Assembly: GCF_047718555.1 (NCBI RefSeq)
Contig: NZ_JBDNRK010000011.1
Coordinates: forward strand, 26,209 to 90,208
From: Clostridium sp.
GTDB lineage: Bacteria; Bacillota; Clostridia; Clostridiales; Clostridiaceae
Direction of reading: 5' to 3'
DNA: 64,000 bases
Shown one piece after another: positions 10,790 through 20,857 of this stretch. The notes below the pieces were generated by a model. That model did no database searches and was not told where the DNA came from. It saw nothing but the letters and a program-made list of their open reading frames with translations. A program made the position numbers and the translations under genes. Position 1 is the first letter of the stretch; each line of letters starts with the position of its first letter.

Positions 10790-10790
10790 C

Positions 10791-11597
10791 TCACGAAAAA
10801 CTTAAAATAAGTGATTTAACTACTAAATACCAGCCATCTACCATTACAAATAAGAGAATTTTAAAGGGCAGCGACACCATGGCAGGCGGCACCATGAACA
10901 TACCCATGGACATAAGTATACTGGCCACTACAAAGTCTATAATCATAAAGGGAATAAAGAGCAAAAATCCTATTATAAAGGCCGTCTTCAGTTCACTTAT
11001 TATAAAAGCTGGTATAACAACATGTATTGGCGTATGATCTGTGTCAGTTTTTGGATCCATTTTTGCCGCATCCATAAATAACTGGAGATCCTTCTGCCTT
11101 GTCTGCCTGAGCATAAACTCCTTTAAAGGTTTCTCTCCAGCAGTAATGGCCTGCTGCTGACTTATCTTATTATTTACATAAGGCTGAATGGCATTATTAT
11201 TAATTGTTGTGTATGTAGGCATCATTATAAAAAATGTTAAAAATAGTGCTAGTCCAATTATTACCTGATTAGGTGGTGCACTTTGTGTTCCCAAGGCATT
11301 TTTTAAAAAACCAAGTACTACTATAATTCTTGTAAAGCTGGTAGTCATAATAATTATAGATGGAAGCAAAGTGAGTATTGTAAGCATTATAAGAAGTTTT
11401 ATGTTATCTACATAATCTGTAGGACTTGATGCATTGTCTACAGATACATTTACCTTTGGCACAGGTATAGTTGGAGCTGCATATGTATTTTTTCCAATAA
11501 AAAATATACAAAATAAAATCAAAATAGATATTATACAAGCTTTTTTCTTCATTCTAATCTTCCTCTTTAATCTTAAGTATGTGAAAATAAATAACAA
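10791..11597 (-). CDS. fliP: Flagellar export protein FliP
   Basis: TSFTRIIVVLGFLKNALG, PAFIISELKTAF, MGMFMVPPAMVSLPFK. Confidence 0.97.
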   Translation of the reverse strand: MLFIFTYLRLKRKIRMKKKACIISILILFCIFFIGKNTYAAPTIPVPKVNVSVDNASSPTDYVDNIKLLIMLTILTLLPSIIIMTTSFTRIIVVLGFLKNALGTQSAPPNQVIIGLALFLTFFIMMPTYTTINNNAIQPYVNNKISQQQAITAGEKPLKEFMLRQTRQKDLQLFMDAAKMDPKTDTDHTPIHVVIPAFIISELKTAFIIGFLLFIPFMIIDFVVASILMSMGMFMVPPAMVSLPFKILLFVMVDGWYLVVKSLILSFS

Positions 11598-11665
11598 TTG
11601 AAATATGCTGTCTATATTTTGTATTATACAGGGAAACAGGTCGTAATAATAGTGCTATCATATTG

Positions 11666-12067
11666 CTATTTCTTTTCTTTCCTCACAATTTTATCCTTTA
11701 GTGTTTTTAAAAACTCACTTTTGTCCCCAATGTTCAATTTATCTTTAAAATCCTTATAAAATTCATTAAAATTTTTATATTGAGTCACTGTTTTGGACTC
11801 TTGAATTTTTTTTATTTCTTCACTATATAATTCCATTAGAATTTCCAGCTTGTTTCCACTGCTTGAAAAAACATATCCCTTTTCTCCAATTTGTATTACC
11901 AAAAGGCTGTTTTCCTTTGTAAGGGGAAGTCTCTCTAATACCTTCATGTAGTTTCCATTTTGCATATTTTGCAGCTTATTCCCACCATATTTTATGCTTA
12001 CGTATATTAGAGGTAAAATAACTAAAAGTGCTGCTACAAGCTTTAAAATCATTAACAATATTGGCAT
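11666..12067 (-). CDS. fliO: Flagellar biosynthesis protein FliO/FliZ
   Basis: N-terminal [25 protein letters not shown]; lies between fliL and fliP. Confidence 0.8.
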   Translation of the reverse strand: MPILLMILKLVAALLVILPLIYVSIKYGGNKLQNMQNGNYMKVLERLPLTKENSLLVIQIGEKGYVFSSSGNKLEILMELYSEEIKKIQESKTVTQYKNFNEFYKDFKDKLNIGDKSEFLKTLKDKIVRKEKK

Positions 12068-12132
12068 CTACTTACCACCCTTGTTTATTTGCATATTCAA
12101 ATAGACAATTCAATTATTTATTTGAATATGCC

Positions 12133-12636
12133 CTATTGAACTACTAATTCGTCAAAATACACATGGCTTATTTTTCCATTTTTAAGTATTGGATTTACTG
12201 CATTAAGTATCTGCTGTTTTGTATCCTCTATACCCTTTCCAGTAAAATCAGAAGCCTTCTTGCTTCTCAATATACTATTAACTGCATCACTTAAAATAGG
12301 CTTTTTATTTACAGTTTCACTCTCTAACTCACTTTTAAGTTTGCCGCTTTTAGCATCATAGCCAAAACTAACCTTTACCTTTAAATATCTCTGTGCGTCA
12401 GTATCCGATAGATTTACTACAGCTTCATCCAGGGAGTAAGTATTCTCATCTGCTGAGGTAATGGTAACCGCTGAGGCAGTATTATTTGATGCATTACTTG
12501 CATGCAGCTTTGATGCCCCGCCAAAGAAGAAAATATAACTTCCAAAGGCTCCAATTAAAACAATAAGCAGCACTAATAATATTATAATTATTTTACCTAC
12601 TCCATCTGCTTTGTTTCCATTTTTCTTTTCACTCAT
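12133..12636 (-). CDS. fliL: Flagellar basal-body-associated protein FliL
   Basis: TM then VVNLSD..RYLKVKV; VYFDELVVQ C-terminus. Confidence 0.9.
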   Translation of the reverse strand: MSEKKNGNKADGVGKIIIILLVLLIVLIGAFGSYIFFFGGASKLHASNASNNTASAVTITSADENTYSLDEAVVNLSDTDAQRYLKVKVSFGYDAKSGKLKSELESETVNKKPILSDAVNSILRSKKASDFTGKGIEDTKQQILNAVNPILKNGKISHVYFDELVVQ

Positions 12637-12758
12637 AGACTCATCTCCTCTTGTAAATAAATTAAAAATGAATTTTTTAATGTTGTAAATTTATTTACAA
12701 AGTATTGTATTCTCACAATTATTTTATCAATAATAGGTTTAATAAATAAATTTTATAT

Positions 12759-12953
12759 TTATCTATAATTTGAATTATAAATCCTCTTTTTAAATAATAT
12801 TATCTTATCTATAACTTCATCTGCAGTTTCCTCTACCAGATATTTATTTCCATTCATCAGGGTTATTACCGTTTCAGGTATCTCTTCAATCTTTTCAATA
12901 TTATCTGAATTAATTATAAATTCCTTATGATTCATTCCGGTGAGCTTTATCAT
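12759..12953 (-). CDS. flbD: Flagellar protein FlbD
   Basis: MIKLT..N.KEFIINSDNIEKIEEIPETVITL.NG. Confidence 0.9.
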   Translation of the reverse strand: MIKLTGMNHKEFIINSDNIEKIEEIPETVITLMNGNKYLVEETADEVIDKIILFKKRIYNSNYR

Positions 12954-13047
12954 AAATTAACCTGCTTTCTTTAAGTTTGTTTGTGGGCCAGACCCAAATA
13001 CCCACCAGATCTGGCCCACAAAAATTAGTTATAGCCTATGTTTAAAA

Positions 13048-15330
13048 TTATCTTACCAAGTTTATTATATCCTGTAAAACCTGGTCTCCAGTTGTAATAG
13101 TCTTACCATTGGCCTGGAAAGCTCTGCTTGCCACAATCATATCTGTAAATTGCTGAGCCAGGTCTACATTTGACATTTCAAGCATTCCCTGAAGAGTATC
13201 TCCATAACCATTACTGTTATCATCACCACTGGTATTTATACCACTTTTTACAACAGCATCTCCCGAGTTAACTGACACTGCATATAAATTATTTCCCTGC
13301 TTATCTAATCCTGCTGGATTTTTAAAGGAAGCCATAGCAATCTGTCCCAGTGTTGCAACTCTCTTATCTTCAAGAGTAGCAGTTATAACGCCATCCTTAT
13401 CTATAGAAAAACTTGTCACTCTAAGATCCTGTCCTGTAGCAGGGTCGTGTACAGTGTCAGGTATTCTTAAACTCTTTAAGTTGTTATCATAAGAATAAAG
13501 TTCTTTAGTTCCATCTACAAAATTTATAACTCCATTATTAGTTATACTCTCTACTGGAGTACCACCTGACAATTGTCCAGAAGTTGTACCATTTATAGTT
13601 ATTGGTGTACCACCAACCGCTATTGGTTGATTTATTCCCTTTAAAGAAAGCTGATTAGTAAGTGCTGCCTGTACTTGATTTGTAGTTACTGCTCCTGGAG
13701 TTACAAAATCTCCATTTACTGTTATAGTATGTTTATTTGTATCAATATCAACAGAGGTAGTTGTACCTGCTGAAATAGTTCCAATATTAATTGTATATCC
13801 GTTTAAAGCAGATCCTATTCCTGGTGTAAAATTTATTCCTCCAGCAGAAACAGCAATTGGTGCTGCAGCATTAGCTCCTCCATTAATTATATTTGAAGAA
13901 GTGTTTGACAGTAGTGTTGGTGTACCACTTACATTGACATTTGTCCCAAGCGGCAATCCTACTACTGATGATAATGCACCCTGGTAGTCTGCAGCTGACA
14001 TATTGTTTATGTTTCCATTTATAGTTATAACAGTTCCAGCTAAGCTAGCAGTAGCTGGTGTTGGTCCATTAATATTTCCAAATTGTATTGTATATCCTGA
14101 CCAAACTCCATTACCACTAGCATCTTTAAAACTAATATTAAGTCCTCTATAAGATACATTACCGTTAGCATCAATACCATTAGATGGACTAATATTCATA
14201 GGTGAACCACTAACACTTACAGTAGCTCCTGCTGGAAGTGCTGGAACAGCCGTCTGTATGGCAGTTTGTACAGCATTTGCTGTAATGGCATTTGCATTTG
14301 TGAAATCTCCATTTATTGTTATGGTCTGATTTACCGTATCTATATTTGCTGAAATCGGATTAGAACCAGCAGGAATATTTGGTGAAACATTACCAAGTCT
14401 GATAGTATATCCATTTAACTGTGAGCCCTGATTAAAACTAAAAGTAAAGCCCCCTGCTGAAACATTTTGTGGTGCGGCTGGATCTACACCATTTGCATAG
14501 GCACTAGACGCAATTCCATTAATTGGTGTAGAATTTCCAACTACAGAAACGATCTGCGCTATACCAGCCTGAGATAATGCATTATTCACAGCAGTCTGAA
14601 CTCCTGCTGATGAAACCGCATTAACAGCACTAAAATCTCCATTTAATATTATCTTTTTATTAGTCTTATCCACTGTAGCAGTAGCTGTAGTGCCTGCTCC
14701 TACATCACCTAAAGCTATACTGTATCCATTCAAAGCTTCACCAGGTCCAAATTGAAAATTAAAACCTCCAGCATTTATAACATTAGGAGCTGTAGCAGTA
14801 GCTGCAGTATTGGTTGGATCATTTGATAGTGAATATCCCATAATTCTATATCCATTTGAAGTCAAAAGATTTCCCGCATCGTCAAGAGCAAAAGAACCAT
14901 CTCTTGTATATAAAAGCTGACTTCCTGAGGCTGAAAGTGAATTTGCGTCCACATTATGTGATCCCACTGCCTGATTAACATTTATAGTATTATCACGAAA
15001 AATTGCCGGTCCTTTGCCCACCATAAAATAGCCATCACCATCTACAGCAACATCTAGATTTCTATTTGTAGACTGCATTGTTCCCTGACTAACTATAGTA
15101 TCTATACCAGCCAGTTGAGTTCCAAGACCTACCTGACTTGGATTGGTACCACCCTGTGATGTAGAAGCTGACCCTGCATCTGCCACAGTTTGACTTAACA
15201 TATCCTGAAATCTTGTTCTCGATGCTTTAAAAGCCGTAGTTCCCTCGTTGGCTATATTATTACCGATTACGTCCAAAGCTGTCTGATTTGCCTGCATACC
15301 TGATATTCCTGAATTCAATGATCTTAACAT
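13048..15330 (-). CDS. flgE: Flagellar hook protein FlgE (760 aa, expanded central region)
   Basis: IGNNIANEGTTAFK, YTRDGSF, GMLEMSNVDLAQQFTDMIVASRAFQAN; follows flgD. Confidence 0.93.
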   Translation of the reverse strand: MLRSLNSGISGMQANQTALDVIGNNIANEGTTAFKASRTRFQDMLSQTVADAGSASTSQGGTNPSQVGLGTQLAGIDTIVSQGTMQSTNRNLDVAVDGDGYFMVGKGPAIFRDNTINVNQAVGSHNVDANSLSASGSQLLYTRDGSFALDDAGNLLTSNGYRIMGYSLSNDPTNTAATATAPNVINAGGFNFQFGPGEALNGYSIALGDVGAGTTATATVDKTNKKIILNGDFSAVNAVSSAGVQTAVNNALSQAGIAQIVSVVGNSTPINGIASSAYANGVDPAAPQNVSAGGFTFSFNQGSQLNGYTIRLGNVSPNIPAGSNPISANIDTVNQTITINGDFTNANAITANAVQTAIQTAVPALPAGATVSVSGSPMNISPSNGIDANGNVSYRGLNISFKDASGNGVWSGYTIQFGNINGPTPATASLAGTVITINGNINNMSAADYQGALSSVVGLPLGTNVNVSGTPTLLSNTSSNIINGGANAAAPIAVSAGGINFTPGIGSALNGYTINIGTISAGTTTSVDIDTNKHTITVNGDFVTPGAVTTNQVQAALTNQLSLKGINQPIAVGGTPITINGTTSGQLSGGTPVESITNNGVINFVDGTKELYSYDNNLKSLRIPDTVHDPATGQDLRVTSFSIDKDGVITATLEDKRVATLGQIAMASFKNPAGLDKQGNNLYAVSVNSGDAVVKSGINTSGDDNSNGYGDTLQGMLEMSNVDLAQQFTDMIVASRAFQANGKTITTGDQVLQDIINLVR

Positions 15331-15423
15331 ATTATACCTCCATTAATTTAAATTTATTTTATGGTATACTTTTTTGGGTTTCCATCAATCCACCCTTTGT
15401 AACTTCCTTTATTAAGGTCCAGT

Positions 15424-15813
15424 TTAAAGTAAAACCACACTATCCACATTGGTAAAAACATTATTTTTAGCGGATTCTTTATCAACAGCTGTTATTACAG
15501 TTCTGTTTTTTACACTAGTCACAAGTGCCACATCCTTATACAATATGACAGAGTTTGTACATCCCTTTTTCTCTGCCTTATTTATGCCTTCATTTATATT
15601 TTTCATATCCTGCTCATTAAAACTTATATTTCTGCTATTAAGTCTTTCTTCAGCATGCTTTGACATAATAAAGCTATCATTTTTACTAATTTCATCCTTT
15701 AATATGTTATTAAAATTTAAATTAGTTTTAATTTTTTCAGATACTTTTTTTTGTGAAAAGCCTTCAATTGGTTCTATAGGATAAACTTGTCCATTTATTA
15801 CTCTATAACTCAT
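15424..15813 (-). CDS. Conserved flagellar-operon protein (TIGR02530-like)
   Basis: SKHAEERLNSRNI, VTSVKNRTVITAVD, NVFTNVDSVV; lies between flgD and flgE. Confidence 0.8.
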   Translation of the reverse strand: MSYRVINGQVYPIEPIEGFSQKKVSEKIKTNLNFNNILKDEISKNDSFIMSKHAEERLNSRNISFNEQDMKNINEGINKAEKKGCTNSVILYKDVALVTSVKNRTVITAVDKESAKNNVFTNVDSVVLL

Positions 15814-15822
15814 ATTTAACCT

Positions 15823-16497
15823 TTATTCATTACTTGAGTCAGTACTATCAGTTGATGTAGTACTTTTATTAGTATCTGTGGAATCTGATGTAGTACTGGT
15901 TCCAGTGTTATTATTTGTACTAGTATTGGATGAAGTACTACTATTTGTACTAGTACTGGATGAGGTACTAGTAGTACTATTACTTGTACCACTTCCTGAT
16001 GTGGTATTACTGCTTGTACTATCACCATCAGATTTAGTCCCTGGATTAACCTGTGTAATATCTCCATAATCAAAATCTTTAGTAATAGCTTTTCCATTGT
16101 CAGTAGTATCTACAGATAATGTTATTGCATCACCATCTTTTGTTACGGATTTAACTATACCCATATAGTTATTTCCTAAGCTGTCCAGCGAATTAAATTT
16201 AACATTTACACCAATAAGATTAGCTGCTGAATTCAGCGTCATAGTTGAATTCAAATTTGCCATCTGCTCCAGAGATGAAAACTGTGCAAGTTGTGCAACA
16301 TACTGGGTTGAATCCTGATTACTGCTATTTGTTGGATCCTGATTGGATAGTTCAGCTGAAAGTATCCTTAAAAATGAATTTTTGTCAATTTCCTGACCCT
16401 TTTTTACGATCTTTGTACCTTTATTTGTAGCCCCAGAACTTGTAACCGCTGACTGGTAACCTGTAAGAATGGGTGTACCATTAGTTGTATTAGCCAT
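15823..16497 (-). CDS. flgD: Flagellar hook capping protein FlgD with Ser/Thr-rich tail
   Basis: FLRILSAELSNQDPTN, YVAQLAQFSSLEQM. Confidence 0.92.
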   Translation of the reverse strand: MANTTNGTPILTGYQSAVTSSGATNKGTKIVKKGQEIDKNSFLRILSAELSNQDPTNSSNQDSTQYVAQLAQFSSLEQMANLNSTMTLNSAANLIGVNVKFNSLDSLGNNYMGIVKSVTKDGDAITLSVDTTDNGKAITKDFDYGDITQVNPGTKSDGDSTSSNTTSGSGTSNSTTSTSSSTSTNSSTSSNTSTNNNTGTSTTSDSTDTNKSTTSTDSTDSSNE

Positions 16498-16509
16498 AAT
16501 ATACCTCCT

Positions 16510-19035
16510 TTATACTAAAACATTAACATTATTATTTTCAGCTATTTCATTTTCTAATTTATCCTGGCTTTCATTTAAATTATTATTTAAATTTAAATTA
16601 CTGCTCTGATTATTAGTGTTTTCATTTTGTCTGCCATCAAACTGACTAAAATTACTGTTGTTACTGAAATAAGTTGTATCATTGTTGTATATATTTATAT
16701 CCAGACTGTGTATCTTAATATGGTTATTATTTAAGCTATTACTTATTTCATGTAAATTAGAATTCAACAGATTATAAGCATCCTTGTTAGTTGCAGTTAT
16801 AGTTGCTTTCATAATACCACTATCTGAGGTTATCTTTATCATTACTTCTCCTAATTCCTTTGGCATTATTTTTACAGTCATATCTTTTACATTATTGTCT
16901 TCCATATAACTTAAACTTTTAATTATATCTGAAGTAAAATTAGTTTTATTTATTACCGTTGGCTGTATATCTTCATTTTGTCTGCTGCCATTGGCATTGT
17001 TCAATGTAAACTGATTCATAATATTAATTACTTTAGAATATTGGTTGTCAGAATTATCATTATTTATAAGTTGTCTCAAAAAATCATTATCTTTATTTTG
17101 TGACAAATTATCTGCTGACAATGATTTGTTAACTGATGTCTTATTATTTTCATTTAAATTCTCAAGTTCTGATAAAATATTCTTTAATGTGCTTATTTCT
17201 TTAGCATCTAACAGACTACTATTTTTATTTTCCTGTGGATTCTCTAGGATACCATTTTTTGTACTATCTGAAGTTCCATCTGTCTTAATTTGATTTATAT
17301 GATTCTGCTGCAAAATACCAGATGTATTAATCAATTCTAAAGATTTCAAATTAGTAGTAGTTTGTGATATACTTTGATTTTCACCATCAATATTTTTAAT
17401 GTTATTGCCAGCATTGATGATATTATCATTACCTAACAAATCATTTCCTGACAATGATTCATTAACTGATGTCTTATCATTTCCATTTAAATTCTCAAGT
17501 TCTGATAAAATACTTTTCAATGTGCTTATTTCCTTAGCATTTAGTAAACTATTATTTTTATCTTCCTCGCTGCTATTTTGTATGGCAAGTACCTTAGAGG
17601 AATTTTTTAGATTTAATTTATCAGATAAAAAATTATTTTTATTAGCAGCTAAACTACCCTCACTGTGAGCTCCAAAAGAAATTACTTTCTTTAACTCATT
17701 CACTATACGTCCTATAAATTTTTCATCACCTAAAGTCTCACCTATTTCAATTTGGTTTATATGGTTCTGCTGGAAAATATCAGATGTATTAATCAATTCT
17801 AAAGATTTCAAATTAGCAGTAGTTTGTGATATACTTTGATTTTCACCATCAATATTTTTAATGTTATTGCCAGCATTGATGATATTATCATTACCTAACA
17901 AATCATTTCCTGACAATGATTCATTAACTGATGTCTTATCATTTCCATTTAAATTCTCAAGTTCTGATAAAATACTTTTCAATGTGCTTATTTCCTTAGC
18001 ATTTAGCAGACTATTATTTTTATCTTCCTCGCTGCTATTTTGTATTCCAAATACCTTAGAAGAATTTTTTAGATTTAATTTATCAGATAAAAAATTGTTT
18101 TTATTAGCAGCTAAACTAGTTTCACTGTGAGTTCCAAAAGAAATTACTTTCTTTAACTCATTCACCATATGTCCTATGAATTTTTCATCACCTAAAGTCT
18201 CATCTATTTCAATTTGGTTTATATGGTTCTGCTGCAAAATATCAGATGTATTAATCAATTCTAAAGATTTCAAATTAGCAATAGTTTGTGATATACTTTG
18301 ATTTCCAAAATCAATATTTTTAATGTTATTGCTAGCATTGATGATATTATCATTACCTAACAAATCATTTCCTGACAATGATTCATTAACTGATGTATTG
18401 TCATTTCCATTTAAATTCTCAAGTTCTGATAAAATACTTTTCAATGTGCTTATCTCTTCATTACTCAATACACTATTGTTTTTATTATCTTGTATATTCT
18501 CTAAATCAACATTTTTTGTACCGTCTGAAATACCCTTAATATCTGATATAATTAAAGAAATTTTAGAATTTATGTCATTCAATGAAAATTTATTCTCTCC
18601 AGCGGCTATAGTGTCTACTTGTTTTATACTATCAACGAATTCATTTATTACAGATGAATTACTATCTGTAATGCTTTCCTTCTGAATATTAACTGCCTTT
18701 GACTGCTGACACATCAAAGCAAGTAGTTCTTGAATATTTTGTCCTATTTTTCCAAGCAATTGTTTCTTACTGGAAATGTCTTTTAAATTATTGTGTTCAT
18801 CAGATTTTTCTACGGTATTATCATCTTTATCTGATGATGAACTACCCAAATCATTACTATATAAATCAACTTTGTCACCTGACTTACTATCTGATGCTTC
18901 ACCTAAAAAATCTTGAAATTTCGAACTATTGCTATTTTTAACCGCCTTATTTCCTTTTGTTACATTAGAGACAGCAATTATATCCTTAATACTAGTTGAT
19001 ATATTTATTTCACTCACCCTTTCACCTCCTTTCAA
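16510..19035 (-). CDS. fliK: Flagellar hook-length control protein FliK (841 aa, internally repeated)
   Basis: C-terminal MTVKIMPKELGEVMIKI T3S4 motif; lies between fliJ and flgD. Confidence 0.9.
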   Translation of the reverse strand: MKGGERVSEINISTSIKDIIAVSNVTKGNKAVKNSNSSKFQDFLGEASDSKSGDKVDLYSNDLGSSSSDKDDNTVEKSDEHNNLKDISSKKQLLGKIGQNIQELLALMCQQSKAVNIQKESITDSNSSVINEFVDSIKQVDTIAAGENKFSLNDINSKISLIISDIKGISDGTKNVDLENIQDNKNNSVLSNEEISTLKSILSELENLNGNDNTSVNESLSGNDLLGNDNIINASNNIKNIDFGNQSISQTIANLKSLELINTSDILQQNHINQIEIDETLGDEKFIGHMVNELKKVISFGTHSETSLAANKNNFLSDKLNLKNSSKVFGIQNSSEEDKNNSLLNAKEISTLKSILSELENLNGNDKTSVNESLSGNDLLGNDNIINAGNNIKNIDGENQSISQTTANLKSLELINTSDIFQQNHINQIEIGETLGDEKFIGRIVNELKKVISFGAHSEGSLAANKNNFLSDKLNLKNSSKVLAIQNSSEEDKNNSLLNAKEISTLKSILSELENLNGNDKTSVNESLSGNDLLGNDNIINAGNNIKNIDGENQSISQTTTNLKSLELINTSGILQQNHINQIKTDGTSDSTKNGILENPQENKNSSLLDAKEISTLKNILSELENLNENNKTSVNKSLSADNLSQNKDNDFLRQLINNDNSDNQYSKVINIMNQFTLNNANGSRQNEDIQPTVINKTNFTSDIIKSLSYMEDNNVKDMTVKIMPKELGEVMIKITSDSGIMKATITATNKDAYNLLNSNLHEISNSLNNNHIKIHSLDINIYNNDTTYFSNNSNFSQFDGRQNENTNNQSSNLNLNNNLNESQDKLENEIAENNNVNVLV
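17290..18470. repeat. About 2.5 copies of a 462-bp (154-aa) tandem repeat inside fliK
   Basis: Matching blocks at 17401/17863/18325 and 17331/17793/18255 (period 462). Confidence 0.92.
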
Positions 19036-19486
19036 ATTTTCTTATAAACCCATACAATGCAAATTCGTCATTAGCTTTTTGTTCAGCTAAATTCTGTTCT
19101 CTAACAAACCTAGCCTTTTGCTTATCTCTTAAAATTTCCACGGTCTTTCTGTCTATCTGCTTTTGCTTAAGTTCCTCCCTATGCTGATCTAGTTGAGTTT
19201 CTTTATTTGTAAGTTCCCTACTGGCCTGATCAATGCAACCTGAAAGAGAGTTTAAATAAGCCTGTGTCATTTTTTGCTGAACAATGGAACCGTATTTTCT
19301 TTCTTCGCTGAATTTTTTATAATTATCATTTAATTTTTCAAGACTTTTCTCTGCATTAATTTTTTCCTGCTGTGATTTTTTAAAATTAATTTTGCTCTCT
19401 TCTTCTTCATCTTTTCTTATATCTAAAAGCTTTTGAAGCCTGAATTTAAAGTTTTCCATAATATTTACCTCTCGTAAATAAATCAA
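19022..19486 (-). CDS. fliJ: Flagellar export chaperone FliJ (likely start MENFK at 19459)
   Basis: FKFRLQKLLDIR; EQKANDEFALYGF. Confidence 0.9.
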   Translation of the reverse strand: MIYLREVNIMENFKFRLQKLLDIRKDEEEESKINFKKSQQEKINAEKSLEKLNDNYKKFSEERKYGSIVQQKMTQAYLNSLSGCIDQASRELTNKETQLDQHREELKQKQIDRKTVEILRDKQKARFVREQNLAEQKANDEFALYGFIRKFERR

Positions 19487-20805
19487 CTAAACATCTGAAC
19501 CAGTTTATTTCTACTTTCTTCAAAATTCGACTTTTCATTTATTTCCTGCTTCAAATAATTAACAATATGATCATGATAATGTATTGCTATATCTATCTTT
19601 TTATTGCTTCCCCTCACATAGGCCCCTAAGTTTATTAAATCCTCAGAATCATGATAGGTTGCAAGTAAATCTCTGGCGGCAGAAGCTGCCTGTTTGTGAT
19701 CATCATCGGCTATTTCTGACATAAGTCTGCTTATACTTTTCAAGGTATCAATAGCAGGATAATGGTTTTTTGCAGCTAAATCCCTTGATAATACTATATG
19801 ACCATCCAAAATACCCCTTACAGCATCTGCTATAGGTTCGTTAAAATCATCTCCATCTACAAGCACTGTATAGAAAGCAGTAATAGAACCCTTATCTGAC
19901 ATACCAGACCTCTCCATAAGCCTTGGAAGCATAGCAAAAACAGAAGGTGTATATCCTTTAGTAGCTGGAGGCTCTCCAATAGCAAGTCCAATTTCTCTCT
20001 GAGCCATAGCGAATCTTGTGACAGAATCCATCATGAGTATAACTTTTTTCCCTTGATCCCTAAAATATTCTGCAATGGCTGTAGCTGTAAAAGCTCCCTT
20101 TAATCTTACCAAGGCAGGTCTATCTGAAGTAGCACACACTATAATTGACTTCTTCATTCCTTCCTCACCAAGATCTTTTTCGATGAAGTCAAGAACTTCT
20201 CTTCCTCTTTCACCTATAAGAGCTATTACATTTACATCAGCCTTAGCTTCTCTTGCTATCATACCTAAAGTTGTACTTTTTCCTACTCCACTACCTGCAA
20301 ATATTCCTACTCTTTGACCTTCACCACAAGTTAAAAATCCGTCTATAGCTCTTACACCTGTATACATTACATCTTTTATTCTTCTCCTTTTAAGTGGATC
20401 AGGAGGGTCGCTGTCAAGCTTGTAATAGCTGCCCCTATCTATTTTTACATTGTCCAAAGGCTTACCAAGACCATCTAGCACTCTTCCAAAAAGTTCGTCT
20501 GAACATTTAACATTAAGAGGTTTTCCAGTAGGCACAACTCTGCATCCTGATGCTATTCCTATAAGCTCACCTAAGGGCATTAATATTATATTTTTCTCTC
20601 TAAACCCTACCACTTCACATTCTACAGGAGTATTTTTCTCATTATATATTTTACAAACTTCACCTACAAAGGCTTTGATTCCTTCTACTTCAATAGTAAG
20701 ACCTATTACCTTACTAACTACGCCTTCCACATAGGCTGTACTGCACTCTTCTACTTTTCTCATCAATGCATTAAAGTCCAAAGAAATCATATGTATTCTC
20801 CTCAT
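19483..20805 (-). CDS. fliI: Flagellar export ATPase FliI
   Basis: GIFAGSGVGKST, LIGERGREV, MDSVTRFAMAQRE. Confidence 0.97.
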   Translation of the reverse strand: MRRIHMISLDFNALMRKVEECSTAYVEGVVSKVIGLTIEVEGIKAFVGEVCKIYNEKNTPVECEVVGFREKNIILMPLGELIGIASGCRVVPTGKPLNVKCSDELFGRVLDGLGKPLDNVKIDRGSYYKLDSDPPDPLKRRRIKDVMYTGVRAIDGFLTCGEGQRVGIFAGSGVGKSTTLGMIAREAKADVNVIALIGERGREVLDFIEKDLGEEGMKKSIIVCATSDRPALVRLKGAFTATAIAEYFRDQGKKVILMMDSVTRFAMAQREIGLAIGEPPATKGYTPSVFAMLPRLMERSGMSDKGSITAFYTVLVDGDDFNEPIADAVRGILDGHIVLSRDLAAKNHYPAIDTLKSISRLMSEIADDDHKQAASAARDLLATYHDSEDLINLGAYVRGSNKKIDIAIHYHDHIVNYLKQEINEKSNFEESRNKLVQMFS

Positions 20806-20857
20806 TATGTGTCTTCAAATAAATAACTAATCAATATATTTATTTTTTTAAGATACA

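Noticed and set aside
15816-16097. Overlapping 93-aa ORF with VLVQI repeats, and the plus-strand VLLFVL ORF
   Set aside because: Alternative-frame products of the low-complexity flgD tail.
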